From assembly GCA_004022145.1 (NCBI GenBank), contig RCNU01000002.1: a stretch of 64,000 nt of DNA. One strand, written 5' to 3'. Both the position numbers and the translations under genes were made by a program. Positions 26,001 to 37,480 of the stretch are shown one piece after another. Numbering within the stretch: position 1 is the stretch's first letter; the number at the start of each line of letters is the position of its first letter. Source of the stretch: Paecilomyces variotii (lineage: Eukaryota). The notes under the pieces were generated by a model. That model did no database searches and was not told the origin of the DNA. It saw only the letters and a list, made by a program, of their open reading frames with translations.

Positions 26001-28157
26001 GCTAGTGGGTGTTCCGGTACGCACTGCCAGATGGGGGTCCTCGCCTGCCTTAGCCTGCTCCTATCAAGTCAGCAACGATTGAAATCGGACCTGACTTGAA
26101 ACGCTGAACTGCCAGATGGTGCTATGGCGCAGGAAACAAGCAGTATGCGGCTCCGTACTCGTCTGCGGTTGCATTGTTCTTGGCTGAGGTACGACGCGTG
26201 GAGATGCAATCCTTCTGAGCATTGATGATGCAAGTTCGATACTTGACGCGACGGCTGGGGAAGTAGTAACTAGTGCATGTTGCTTCGAATATGGACGAGC
26301 ATGAACATTGAATCTGCCGTTCATGCTCTCCGGGATTATCAGATATTGTTTGCCCGGCGATCTTCGGGGATTGTCATCATTTTTGGCTTTGATCAAATAT
26401 TTTTTTCTTTCTGTTTCTTGTCTTGCGCGCCACGTGGGAGACGCGTTTGGACCGGGCTCGAGATTTAGAGCCGTAGAGTCGGACTACTGGGTGACGATAG
26501 TCCATTGTCCCATGGGACCAGTATCCTGTAAACTCCGCACTAGGGCCATCTGTCATTGTGATTGACACAATGAGGCGCTCGTGATCAAATGCCTGGTCGG
26601 GATCAAAGACACATCCGACAGAGCGGATGATCTGACAAGCACAGTCCACGAACGTGCCAGAGCTCTGTTATCTTGTCTGAACAGAGAAAGGAGAGTGTTT
26701 GTGGCGAGAAGAGAGAGCCATGGCGAGATGGAAAGCGATGACGGGAAATGCCATCATTGCCAGCCGATCCTGTCTGATCGCCGCGTCTGAGACACGCCAA
26801 GGGTGTGCACGTGACATTACCGGTCGCAGGGGCCATCGCGATGTATCGTCGATGTATGTTGATGGATCGTCTAGTCTGCTTCGCCCGTCCCTCGGCGTGT
26901 TTCAGGTCCGCACAAGCGTCCCTGAGACCCTGAAGGCCAAGTGAGGGGCGCTTCCTCCGCAAGGGCCATCACAGTATCGAATCTATCGACTGGCCGTCAC
27001 CAACAACAGCCCCAGCGCCGGCGTCAAACCAGACCAGACCCGTGCCGCATTTTGGCCCCAGCCCATGCTGCCGTCCCGGGATGGGGACATTGTGCGTCTT
27101 GCTTGTATTGTAGATTCTAATTTGACCAGAAGGGAGGAAACACGAGCAAGATCAGTGAACGAGGGGGTCCTGGTCAGCGGTGGCCAATCCTTCATGCCCG
27201 TTCCCCTTTTCTGTTTCCCTGCCATTTACTCACAAGCAGGTGTTGCAATTGTTTCCATTCCCCCATAGATAGCTTGTTGCAGTGATAGCTAGTAGCACCG
27301 TATCAATTGACCTGCCAGAGTCGGATTTGGATCGTGGAGCAAGCACCGGTCAATCTCCGTGTACTGTTCCATCCGATTGCAGAGGTATTATTATTCTTCT
27401 TCTTCTTCTGCTCAGCGGCTGTTTCCGGCGTACCGTGTTTGAGGATGGATCGACAGGGTATCGAAGCAGCGCTGTGACATCGATGCTCAATCGCACTGGA
27501 CACTGCATTGCTACTGACTTCCACGCTTGCCGCGGTCGTTTCTTCATCGTGTTTAACAGACTCGTATTATAACAGCGGAGAATCGGCTTGCCAAGGACAA
27601 GCTGGTTGCATCTCTCCCACAGCACTGACGAATCCAGGTGGTTCTTCTTGTTGGATCGCCTGCATCGTCTGGACGGACGGACCCTACCACTCATCACGGT
27701 CGAGTTTAATATCCGTCTCGATCAGACCTATTATTGACCGTGGGTTGTCCTGCAGTCGCATGGTGGATGACCAGGGCAATCTGAATCGGGACATTACAGA
27801 AAAAGAGAACCTGTGGTTTGACAAAGGTACGCCTCCACTGTCTTTCTCTTCTCTCTATCTCTCTCTTGTCTCTCTCCCTCTTGTCCCGATCCATTTCAGC
27901 CTTGCACAGGGGGCGGTGCCTCGATGGTGGAGCGAGCCCACGCTTTCCACGAGGCAGCACGCCGGTTTGCGCAACCTGAGCTGCGATGCGAAGCTTCAGT
28001 TTCTGCAGAGGGCATGGGATTCGTTCATGCTGTTTGGGTGCTCGGACAGGTTCATGAGAAGCGGCAGGCCTGGTGAAATCTGATTTGCGTGCCCGTTGCC
28101 GCCCGGGGAGGCATTCCAGAGAAAAGCCTCTGATCCAGCATCGCCCCCGAACAAGGG

Positions 28158-28167
28158 CTAAATTTAG
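28158..28167. promoter_or_regulatory. Rlm1/RlmA MADS-box site CTA(A/T)4TAG upstream of the MAPK phosphatase
   Basis: Perfect palindromic CTAAATTTAG just upstream of the CT-rich leader of the phosphatase gene. Confidence 0.5.
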
Positions 28168-29017
28168 AGCTGCGGTCGATGCCGCTAATGCGATTCCCTG
28201 CCTCGATTGGAGTCTGCTAAACTGCTGCGACTTTTGGCTGACCGGGGCTTTTGCTCCCCACTCCAGATCATCCTTTGCCGTCCGTTCCCAGAGTGACCCT
28301 CGCTCGCTCTCGCATCTCCATCAACCAAAAAGAATCTGCCTTCTCTTCTCGGCCGTCGGGGTTCTCTGTTCGACAAAAGAGAAAAAAAAGAAAAGAAAAA
28401 AATTCTCTCTCCTCTCCGTCGACCAGAAAGGGCCGTCCTCCCCCTTCGAGCCGCCTATTCTACCATCCTCCATCCCATCACCTATACTCCATTCGTCAAC
28501 CGGTCCTCCTTTCTCTCCTTCGCTATCCGTTTCACTTTGGTCATTCCCCGGAGGAACGACTGTTCCAAGGCTCATCGCGAGCGCGGGCGATAGGCTTCTC
28601 TCTTTCTTCTCTTGGTTCTCTTCCGTTCCCTTTCCTCCATACTCGGTGGGGGATATAGATTCATTCTCACCCTCGGTTCGACCGTTGATTGACAGCATCT
28701 CTTGCTGTGCAATCGATCAAGCCGCTCTTTTGCTTTCTCAATCCGAGTAGCAGTCCAGTAATTGATCCAAGGGAGGCTCTTTCCTGGGTAGTAAACGGTA
28801 TGTTGGAGACTCTCTGACGCTGTCTCTGCCTCACATTGTTTCGGGCGGAGTGGTGCCTGTCTCTTCCTCCCCCGCCAGTTGCTGTTTTGCAATTCGATCC
28901 CAAGCAAGCCATCAGATATATCATCGGTCTTTCTCCCGTGACTTTCTGTGGTAGAACTCTGGGGTCCCTTTTGGTCGTGGGCGGGACCCTCCTTCGCGCT
29001 GCTCTCATTCCACAGAG

Positions 29018-31279
29018 ATGTTCCGATACGCAAGGACCGAGACTGATGTTGCTCCTCTGAAAAGGTCATTTGCGCAGGTAGCAAATTCGACATTTTCCTG
29101 TCTCCCTGACTCCGGATGCGATCATCCATCCATGTTTTCGCATCCCTTCGAAGAGAGACATAACCCAGACAGGGTCACTCCCTCGAAGCGCAGGTCACGC
29201 TCCGCATCCCGGACCAGGATGCCTCTCCAGACCAGCGCGCCGTCCGTACCGGCGTCGTTTCCGTCGTTCATGTCGGTTTTCGGGGGAATATCGCACCTGC
29301 GTGTGGGAAGGAAGGAAGAAAGTATTGGTACACAGACGCTGGGGCGGCGACCGTCGAGGGTCACCGTCAACACATCGCGACATTTCCTCCCTTTCAAGCA
29401 CCGCGAGAGTGTCTCATCAGTCACGTCAGAATCCACAGACTCGTCACCAACCACAACGGTCTCGACCTTCGATTCACCCTCCGTCACAGACACGTCTCCC
29501 AGCTCGTCCCCGGAGTCACCTTCGTCCATGCCGTTCCACCCAAAGCTCGCATCATCGGAAAATGCCATCACACTCAAACGAACAGAGAGCTCTGTGCCGA
29601 CGAGCCAGTCCGACTCATCAGAGAATGCCCCCAAATCGACGCGAGGAGAGTCTCCCGGGAGACGAGCGCGGAACCTGAAGAACCTCTCACTCAAAATGCC
29701 CGCTCCTTCCCCGTCGCGACCTGCCATAGCCACTGCATCTGTGATGGAAACGGGTTCTCGTCATCTATCTGCTCCTCCCTCCCCAGTGCATCCAGTGAAA
29801 ACAGGTCGACGAAAGCCCGCCAACCTGACCATCCGTACCCCGGGCCTGGACAAGTCGTTCTCAAATGGCGGGATACCACCTCCGACGCCCTCTATGCGCC
29901 AGTCGCTGCGTCACATCGAGTCCTCGCCGTCTCTTCAGTCGGTCTTCTCCCCATCTACCGGGCCAGAGGGCGGAATGCAGCTGCCGCGACCCGCTACACA
30001 GCATGGTACTCGAGATATGCCTGGCACATGGGAGGAAGGTCTGTCGCCAATCCCTTCTGCGTCCACCTCGAAAGAGATCCTTCACGACCTGGCAGAGGAA
30101 GATGATCACCTTGATTCGAGAGAGTCCACCCGGAAGAATGAGCGTGGCTATCCGGATGGACCTACCTGCATTTACGACTCTGGTGTATACTTGTATCTCG
30201 AACCAACTGCGGAAGAAGCCTCGAAATTCGATGTTGTGGTCAACGTGGCCAAAGAAATCCCTAACCCGTTTACGAAACAACCAGAAAATAGTAATAGCAT
30301 AATGTCTACTTGGAGAAGTGCAGCGTCGGAGTCGAAGAGACAGTCGATGGTGGAACCGCAGACAGCATTCTCGGATATCTCCTTCAAATCGGCTTTGGAG
30401 TATCTGCCAGCCGAACCAGAGAGTGCGTCGACGCCAAAGACGGAACAGTCGAGACCGGAATACATCCATGTCGGCTGGGACCATAATTCAGAGATCCTTG
30501 ATGACCTCTACCCTCTGTGCGAACTCATTGACGATCGCATCTCCAAGGGAAAGAAGGTTCTCATACACTGTCAGCTTGGAGTTAGCCGATCGGCTTCCCT
30601 GATTATTGCGTACGGATTGTACAAAAACCGGGATCTGGATTTCAATGCAATGTACGGGATTGTGAAGTCACGGAGCTGTTGGGTTGGCCCCAACATGAGT
30701 CTCATTTACCAACTCACGGATTTCCGTTCTCGAGTCCTTCGTGGAGGTCCGTCGAAGCCAATCCCAGCAGAGTGGTTTATTCCCGATATTCCTTATCGGA
30801 AATCTGACCCCACACCTGCAGATTCGAGCACCACGCAGCCAAAGCCTGCTAGCAGTGAACGAGAGACAGGATCTCGTAGCGTTACTCAGGCTCCTCCCTC
30901 CGAGTTGGGCGTTCCCAAGTCCGACACTTCGCAGAAGCGGAACGTCTCTCCCCGACCGCTGCCATTCAGAGAGGGATACAAGGCGGCGGAGGCTTCGAAC
31001 AGCTGTTCCCAGCCGGAGACTACGCGGAGGGTGGAACTAGTTCGGTTTCCCACGGTGCAGAGGGACCTTGTCATGCAGGATGCGCCCGCTACATCTTCGG
31101 TATTGTCACCTCGGGAGGCAGACTTCATGCTCAATGGTTTCTCTCACGGAGTGACTGGGAACATGACAGTCAAACTCCCATCTGACTCCACCGGGCTTGG
31201 ACAGGAGGCGGTTGATCCTCGATCGCCTCCGCAAAGCAAAGAGCCCATCATAATGAGAAATATTGACGAATTCCTTTAA
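29018..31279 (+). CDS. pmp1: Dual-specificity MAP kinase phosphatase, Pmp1/Msg5 type (true start may be the downstream ATG at 29132 or 29219)
   Basis: Catalytic VLIHCQLGVSRSAS, general-acid loop YIHVGWDHNS, GPNMSLIYQL, docking-like RRARNLKNLSL and RRKPANLTIRTP, YPDGP motif. Confidence 0.88.
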   Translation: MFRYARTETDVAPLKRSFAQVANSTFSCLPDSGCDHPSMFSHPFEERHNPDRVTPSKRRSRSASRTRMPLQTSAPSVPASFPSFMSVFGGISHLRVGRKEESIGTQTLGRRPSRVTVNTSRHFLPFKHRESVSSVTSESTDSSPTTTVSTFDSPSVTDTSPSSSPESPSSMPFHPKLASSENAITLKRTESSVPTSQSDSSENAPKSTRGESPGRRARNLKNLSLKMPAPSPSRPAIATASVMETGSRHLSAPPSPVHPVKTGRRKPANLTIRTPGLDKSFSNGGIPPPTPSMRQSLRHIESSPSLQSVFSPSTGPEGGMQLPRPATQHGTRDMPGTWEEGLSPIPSASTSKEILHDLAEEDDHLDSRESTRKNERGYPDGPTCIYDSGVYLYLEPTAEEASKFDVVVNVAKEIPNPFTKQPENSNSIMSTWRSAASESKRQSMVEPQTAFSDISFKSALEYLPAEPESASTPKTEQSRPEYIHVGWDHNSEILDDLYPLCELIDDRISKGKKVLIHCQLGVSRSASLIIAYGLYKNRDLDFNAMYGIVKSRSCWVGPNMSLIYQLTDFRSRVLRGGPSKPIPAEWFIPDIPYRKSDPTPADSSTTQPKPASSERETGSRSVTQAPPSELGVPKSDTSQKRNVSPRPLPFREGYKAAEASNSCSQPETTRRVELVRFPTVQRDLVMQDAPATSSVLSPREADFMLNGFSHGVTGNMTVKLPSDSTGLGQEAVDPRSPPQSKEPIIMRNIDEFL

Positions 31280-33286
31280 TGCCGGGTTAATAACAGTGGG
31301 CATCGCAACATTCTCAGGGTAGAGAATCCCTGAGAGAAACAATGATGCGAGCTTCCTATTTTTCGAACTTTATTATACCAGTTCCCTCATGCTGAGAACT
31401 GCATAGGGAAGCATCATGACCAAAGCGGGCTTTGTTGTCGTTTTATTCTGCACAATCGTTATGCATACTTATTGGTCACTTGCATTTTCGCCTCTTTGGA
31501 TTCCTGCTGTGGGATTCGGTGCGATTTGTCTGTGTCTTTTCTTTTTTTTGTTTCCGCCGCTATCGTTTTGACTAGCATGGTGCTGGGTTGCTCTATTCTC
31601 CTTTTGCTCCTGGCGTTTTCGGTGTCCCAAAAATGACCCCGTGGGCTGCCCGATTGCGGCGCCCGGTAACTGTAATATTAGTTTGGGCCTGCATTTTCGT
31701 TCGCTGCTGGCATTTTTTTTCCTGCCATTACACATCCTCTCATTCGTTCTATTTGACTTCTTTCGTTTTCTTGTTCTTCTCTTTACTTCACCTGCGTGTG
31801 AAAGCCCATTTTCGATGTTTGACTGATGCGCTCATGACGTCGGGAACAGAAGTTGGATGCAGACCGGGTCATAGGTTTAATACTTCACCTGTGTTACCGC
31901 GACAAAATACAAGATGCATTTAACTCATCGTATCATATTCTTGAACTTTTAATTCTGTAGGCATTGACGGCTCTACTGGACTACGTATAGTGCTTATCCT
32001 TACCTTGGAATTGACGACAATGGCTGCCCTGTGGATAGTTCCTAAGAGGCCACGACCCTGCCACGTATGCATGTGCCTGTTGTTAGGATAGGAGGCCCTG
32101 GCATAAAACTCAGCCAGCTGCTTATCATGATTGACACCAGTGTCAGATAGATTCTGTCATATAGGAACTTTAGTCTAGTCATGTTTGAAACTCGAGCTCA
32201 TGCCTGATCTTTCTATGTTGCGTAGTGCGCTCCAAATACAGTCGAGAACCGCAGTGTATCTCCACAATTGAAGCAATATCATACGATGGCAGTCGACGAG
32301 CATCGTCATCATTTCGATGTCCGACATTGCGATCTCGAGACGAGACCAGTGACGGCGTGATTCCTCTTAGCTTCTCCTCCTCCGCACGAGACCAGCAGTA
32401 TCAACGACGAAGCTTGCTCACCCACGGGAAGGATATCTGCTTCATGTCGATTATCCAACGAAGAAGAGAGTAACACTGCCATATGGAACGAAGGCGGCGC
32501 TCAATGGCATGAAAATGGCCATTTCGGCCATATCAGCCATTTCATTATTGACCAGTTCCATGGTACATGCCCGGAAGAGATTTATTTAAATGCCAGCAAG
32601 AGACTCTTTGGTCCTACGCATCAATGCCTAGCCAATACTTACAAATAGGGCTGTTCCTGTGGAGCTGTCAATGGCAATGAGTTGAATTTGACGAGAAGTA
32701 AGATGGCGTTGGAGTTCTTCGCTTTGGATGATTTCACCCTATTATGCAGTCGCTTGGGTCGCCCGTTTCGATTCAATGTCAATTTTACTCTTCTTGTCGC
32801 ACCCAACTACTGTCGATAAGAGTGTCATCGTGCTGGGAATCGGTGGAGATTCTTGGTTATTCTTGGACTGAGAGACGTGAACAGATGCATGTATGAATAA
32901 AGAACTGGGTTTGTTCTTGTTTCTTCTATCCTTTCTGTCTCTTTCTGATATGGACGCACAGAGTGTAGAATTAGACACTTATACTAGACCTCGAAGGGAA
33001 ACGAAGATAGCTAGGTCGTTCCCTGGAAAAGGCCGCCAAATTGGGATTCGTCCTCGACTCGACATGTTAGGGTTGTTCCCGCGGGGAGCAGTCGGGTGAG
33101 AAGCCGAAAGAGATAACGATTGCTGTCCTTATCTTTGATGTCGGTTTGTCTGGCCGTCTTTGGCAGGTTTGTCCTGCAGAGTATTAAGCATAGTAAATAC
33201 AGATTAAGATCACGTGTATACAGAGTTGTAGATATATTACTCTGAGATCAGTCTTGATCACATCCAGCATCAACTAATCGAACAAA

Positions 33287-34304
33287 ATGACTCGCTTACC
33301 TCTGCCTGTTCCTCCTCCAATCGACCCCTCCTATCACCCCAAAGCATCGATAACTACAGTCCCGGCGAGCACCCCGGTTGATTATATTGTTGCGATCCTT
33401 GAGCGCGATGGCGGGGTTATCCTCAAGGACCTCGTGTCCCAGGATGAGTTAGACACTATCGAAGAGGAAGTCCGACCTTGGAGCAACAAATCGCGCGTAC
33501 ATGCAGACAATGCTACTAACGGAGACGCATTTCATATAATCCCGCCTCAGACAACCCTCGTGCCTGGTCTGGTTGGCAAATCCAAGACAGTGGCCCAGAT
33601 ATGTGAACGGCCTGTTCTAGAAGGGCTGCGCCAGAAGATCCTCCTCGAGGAATACGTAGCTAACCGCGAGGGTCACGTTGAGCCCACCGCTATTAGCCCG
33701 TTACTGAGTCTGAGTATGTCAATGAATATCGGCTATGGAGCACCTCGACAGCTCCTGCACCGCGATGACACTATCCACGGGATTCGCCATCGGTGGAATG
33801 TCTTCCAGCCATGGAGCTTCAAGCATGTCTCTCAGTTTGCGTGTCTTATCGCTGGATGCGAAGTGACGCGGGAGAACGGGGCCACGATGTTCGTTCCAGG
33901 CAGTCATAAATGGGACGATGACCGATGGCCGACTGCAGATGATGTCAGCTTTGCAGGTATTGTATTCTCTCTAGTGTTCTCATTTCGAAGAATAAATTGC
34001 ACTGACAACCGAAGAAATGTCCGCTGGTTCTGCCTTGATATTTCTTGCCGCTGCCTACCACGGTGGTGGCCACAACTCGGTCCCAGGCTCAGTCCGAACG
34101 ATGCACAGCCTGTTCTTTGTTCGAGGAAATCTTCGCACGGAGGAGAATCAGTTCCTTGCTATTCCCAGGAGTAAAGTGCGAGAGATGAGCCCAAAGATGC
34201 TGGAACTGCTCGGGTACAAGAAGCCCACGGCGAATTTGGGCCTCGTCGACAATATCAGTCCGCATGAGGATATAGACGGAATATGGGAGAGGGCCATGCA
34301 GTAA
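33287..34304 (+). CDS. Phytanoyl-CoA dioxygenase (PhyH) family 2OG/Fe(II) dioxygenase (intron 33957-34014)
   Basis: ILERDGGVIL, QLLHRDD (HxD), ENGATMFVPGSHKW, spliced AEMSAGS, YHGGGHN (distal His), LRTEENQFL. Confidence 0.92.
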
Positions 34305-35460
34305 TACTTTTCCTGTGGATGATAAATGATGGCTTTCTGCCAGTCGACCAAAAAGGAGAACTCCTTGTTGGTCTGCCTGGATCTCTAACAATAAATTAAA
34401 CGATATTATAACGGTTGGTAGTCTGAATGCATCTATTAAGGGACTGGCAAGTGGATGAGTAGGAACAGTAAGTTGTAATCTATCCTCTATAACCTTACGG
34501 AGGACTTATGATACCTGTCTCTTAGGTCAACCATGGACAGTCACAAAACAAGAACCCTGCATCGGAAAAGGTCTCTATTCCCTTTTCTATCTATCAATAC
34601 TGAGGATAAATGATCTCGTTTTCGGTCGGCAAAGGAGCGGAATGTTCTATATCGTTCTACCGGGAATAAAGCGATGTATCGAATGATACTATTTAGCAAG
34701 GCAAGTATAACCGGTTAGGACCACCCTCGCCCTTTGTCGAGTTCAAAGTGGGAAAGCATGGTCATATAATTCGAATCTCATTACTAATTGCGAGATTGAT
34801 TACTTGACTCTATATCTATATTATCTCTATAGCATACAAAGAATCCTGATGCTTTGGGTCGAACAAGTGTCGACGGCAGAACCCCGCCCGCCGATAAGTG
34901 AGGCAGCTCGCGAGCGTCTCTACAAGATGGCTAAAGCCGTACGCATCACTCCGGCCAGCATTGGGAGGAGGGCACATCCCTATTACTCGTGCAGATCTTA
35001 TTTTACGAGGGATGGATAGAATAAGACCGACCCTTACTGCAAGCTCGAAGGAATGATATGGTTAGACTTGGCCGTGTCGTAAATCCGGATAGAGTTTAGC
35101 TTTGTATGGAGATGTTCCAGAAGGCGCTCGTTTTACGGTGAAGAACGGTCACTGCTCCCATTCCTCTTACATACTATTATTTTATTTCCTTTTATTTCCT
35201 ATCCACTCTCCTTTGGCCAATCTTCAATTATCACCACTGAGACCTGACAGTTCCGTGCTCACTAAAGAATATTTTGCCCTAACCTTGCTCCACTGGTACC
35301 CGCCGATAGTTACATGTTCTCAGAAGGCGTCGCTATGCAGTATTTTGCAAATTGACACATGGATTTCAGGATATATAGATAATCTTGGGTATCCTAGGTC
35401 TATTATTCTCTAACTGAGTTGTGTTGAAGGAATTTGGCATCAGCGTTACCTGTTTCCATC

Positions 35461-37013
35461 ATGCGTGGAACGAAGGTTGCCACACGTGCTTTGCGCTTCA
35501 ATGCCTCCAGGAAGTTCGCTACCGTTACTCGGCCTCAAGGGCCATCAGGCCTGAAAATAAATGCCGAGAGACTTTGGGAAACGTTACATGAGACATGCAA
35601 ATGGGGTGAAGCCCATCGATATGGAGAGTATGCGGCCACCTCCTTTTCAAGTTGACCTTTCTAATACGATGAGATCCTAGTGATCCAAAGGAGACGGGTA
35701 TGGCACGTCTGACCCTCAATGATGACGACGCACGCATTCGACGCTGGTTTGCCAATGAAGTGCAGAATCTAGGATGTTCCCTCTCCGTAGACCAAATGGG
35801 AAATATGTTCGCACGGCGATCTGGCCGGCTGAGGTCCCCAGCACCAATGACTGCTATGGGGAGTCATCTCGACACCCAGCCTCGTGGAGGCCGGTATGAT
35901 GGTATTCTAGGTGTGGTGGGGGCAATTGAGGTTTTGCGAACGATGAAAGAGAACAACTTCGAGACTTACTACGATGTAGGAGTTGTGAACTGGACTAAGT
36001 GCGTATTGTTTGTCATTTCATTCCTGTTGAGCTAATTGCTGAACCACTTTTAGTGAGGAAGGGGCTCGATTTCCAAAGTCCATGTGCTCTTCTGGTGTTT
36101 GGGCAGGCATCATTCCGATCCAAGACGCTTGGGACCTGCGCGATATTCACGATCAGAGCGTGACTCTTCGATCCGAACTCGAGAGACATGGCTACTTGGG
36201 CGATATCGCCTGCTCGAGCGATCCAAAGTCAGGATACCCACTTGGTGCTCACTTTGAATTGCATATTGAACAGGGGCCTATTCTTCAAGAGACTGGTCGA
36301 TCAATTGGTATCGTTCAGGGAGCCCAAGGATACCGATGGCTGACCTTGACTGTCAAAGGAAAAGATGCACACACCGGGACGACTCCCTTGAGCGCTCGCC
36401 AGGATCCATTACTTGCCGCCTCTAGGATGATAGCCGCTTCCAACGATATCGCAAAGCGGCACAATGCATTGGCCTCAACTGGTATTATTAAGGTGCCATC
36501 AAATGCATCTACCAATACAGTTGCCTCCGAGGTGACTTTCACTATTGATATCCGGCACCCACAGGATAGCACTGTACATGCTGTTCAGAAGGAATGTCTT
36601 GAAGCATTCTCTACCATTGCGTCCCAGGATGGAAAAGGCGTATCGTTTGAATGGACACTAGATACAGACTCTCCGGCCGTGCAATTCGATCGGAACTGTA
36701 TAGCTTCTATTCAAGCAGCTGCAGAATCCCTTGTCGGACCTGAAAAATCGATGCTCATGACCAGTGGCGCAGGCCATGATAGTGTCAACACCAGCAGGCA
36801 TTGCCCATCAGCAATGATCTTTGTTCCTTGTCGGGATGGTGTTAGTCACCATCCGACTGAGTATTGTACGCCGGAAGATTGGTGAGTATCTCCCCTGATA
36901 GTTTCTGTATGAGCTCAGATTTTAACGTAAACAGTGCTCTTGGTGCTCAAGCTTTGCTTGAATCAGTTGTGCACTATGATAAGTTCCGGGCGCAAAATGC
37001 AGAGAAATCTTAG
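35461..37013 (+). CDS. M20 Zn amidohydrolase of the beta-alanine synthase / N-carbamoyl-amino-acid hydrolase / allantoate amidohydrolase type (introns 35628-35680, 35999-36053, 36882-36934)
   Basis: INAERLW, GMARLTL, VDQMGN, MGSHLDTQPRGGRYDGILGV, WTNEEGARF, HFELHIEQGP, AHTGTTP, SGAGHDS, GVSHHPTE. Arg-rich, acid-free N-terminus resembles a mitochondrial presequence. Confidence 0.93.
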
Positions 37014-37480
37014 ATTTGTATAATTATTTACTCGATCATTCCGCAACAAAATGTTGTAGTTCCACATAAAAAATTAGAAAGAAGAAAAAACGATTCTAGT
37101 ATTAATGGCTTTAGCTATATTTTCAACTAGGCTATCAGGCAAGATTCAAGGAGAGACGACTGAATGGATGAGCGGACATTGCCGATGTCTAGAGAAGGCG
37201 CCAGGAATCTTATCAGCGATCACAACTTTCGTCATGAGCTACACATTCGAAGCGATTTTTAGTTATTTTTATAGTTCACTCAGGTATGTGAGTTCCCCAC
37301 CTTCTTTATAGTAGGCGATGTCGTCGGAAGGCGCTTTGTGGTCCTCAAAAATTCTGGTCAAATGAAGTCGCAGGTGAGTACTTACTCAGGGGTACAAAGA
37401 ACATGCTGATATCGTCGATCTAGAAACACTTCTTGTGATCAATTGCCCATGCGGTACGCCTGCATCGCAAAACATTCAAC

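Noticed and set aside
23250-28900. Numerous 60-225 aa ORFs in the long intergenic region
   Set aside because: Mostly non-ATG starts, low complexity, overlapping on both strands, no motifs or consistent splice pattern.
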